Below are positions 31,395 to 32,000 of a stretch of 32,000 nucleotides of DNA, piece after piece; the first letter of the stretch is position 1, and each line of letters begins with the position of its first letter. The translations under genes were made by a program, and so were the position numbers. The DNA lies in contig NC_018267.1 of the NCBI RefSeq assembly GCF_000306885.1, positions 1 to 32,000 of the forward strand, in the 5' to 3' direction. Under the pieces are notes generated by a model that was not told the DNA's origin, did no database searches, and worked only from the letters and a program-made list of their open reading frames with translations. Origin of the DNA: Wolbachia endosymbiont of Onchocerca ochengi (GTDB taxonomy: Bacteria; Pseudomonadota; Alphaproteobacteria; Rickettsiales; Anaplasmataceae).

Positions 31395-32000
31395 ATGCTG
31401 AAAATCACTATAGTAGGACTGCCAAACACTGGCAAGTCAACCTTATTTAATAGGCTGGTGGGAAGAAAAGCAGCAGTAGTTAGCAACATTCCAGGAGTAA
31501 CAAGAGACAGACGTGAAGAAGCTGGAAGAATTAGTGATTTGGAATTTAAAGTTATAGATACAGGAGGATGGAACGACCGAACTAACTTTTCATTACAAGT
31601 TATTGAACAAATCGAATTTTCCTTATCTGATTCAGACATAATTTTCTTTCTTGTTGACGCAAAAGTGCAAGATGAGCAAAATAAAAAGTTTGCAAAATGG
31701 CTGAAAAGAAAAACAAATAAACCTGTAATACTCATAGCAAATAAATGCGAGAGTCATAAATCTGAAAATGTTGATTATCTGCAATTTTTTGATTTCATAG
31801 GTCCAGTATATATTTCAGCCGAACACAATCTTGGCATGGTTGATCTTTATAATACTCTATCTAGTGCTATTAAAAATTTAGATCAAGGCACCAAACTATT
31901 GGTTGACAAGTTCAGTAAGTTTAGAATCGCAATAATTGGCCGCTCGAATGTCGGGAAGTCAACCTTTCTAAACAGTTTACTCTCAGAAAACAGACTAATA
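31395..32000 (+). CDS. der: GTPase Der (EngA), 3' truncated by the window edge
   Basis: Open from ATG 31395 to the last base (202 codons). MLKITIVGLPNTGKSTLFNRLVGRKAAVVSNIPGVTRDRREE, DTGGW, ANKCES, and second G domain FRIAIIGRSNVGKSTFLNSLL. Absent from the supplied ORF track because there is no stop codon. Confidence 0.95.
   Translation, partial: MLKITIVGLPNTGKSTLFNRLVGRKAAVVSNIPGVTRDRREEAGRISDLEFKVIDTGGWNDRTNFSLQVIEQIEFSLSDSDIIFFLVDAKVQDEQNKKFAKWLKRKTNKPVILIANKCESHKSENVDYLQFFDFIGPVYISAEHNLGMVDLYNTLSSAIKNLDQGTKLLVDKFSKFRIAIIGRSNVGKSTFLNSLLSENRLI

Noticed and set aside
1-32000. CRISPR arrays, retrons, phage modules, IS elements
   Set aside because: No regularly spaced repeats, reverse transcriptase, intact transposase or phage structural motifs seen. 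The only recombinase-like sequence is the decayed XerC/D, which looks chromosomal.

Overview
AT-rich alphaproteobacterial chromosomal window. Gene content and protein sequences suggest a Wolbachia-like Rickettsiales endosymbiont (inference from sequence recall, no database search run). Most of the window is housekeeping: lpd, a BamB-like propeller, an HU-family protein, rpsI, rplM, a TolC-like protein, rlmE, ccmB, dksA, gmk, a pentapeptide-repeat protein, an ankyrin protein, tRNA-Ser(GCT), ppa, coq7, a nitronate monooxygenase-like protein, rnd, tRNA-Asn(GTT), nuoH, nuoG, guaB, a family-4-like uracil-DNA glycosylase, def, ftsA and a 3'-truncated der at the window edge (missing from the supplied ORF track). 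I see no convincing new multi-gene system, CRISPR array, intact transposon or phage. The main signal is in the gaps. Manual reading in all frames recovers shattered but recognisable genes: a XerC/XerD recombinase (778-1665, -), pdxJ (4857-5560, +, at least 3 indels), a PopZ/DUF2497-like polar organizer gene (8323-8906, +), and coaE, dephospho-CoA kinase (19568-20066, +, with a degraded P-loop). coq7 has an apparent one-base deficit in an A9 tract that hides its N-terminus, including one predicted iron ligand. Loss of coaE, xer and popZ in a cell that otherwise keeps its core genes is the biologically interesting point. Transcript slippage and assembly or homopolymer error are the main alternatives for the coq7 and first pdxJ lesions.
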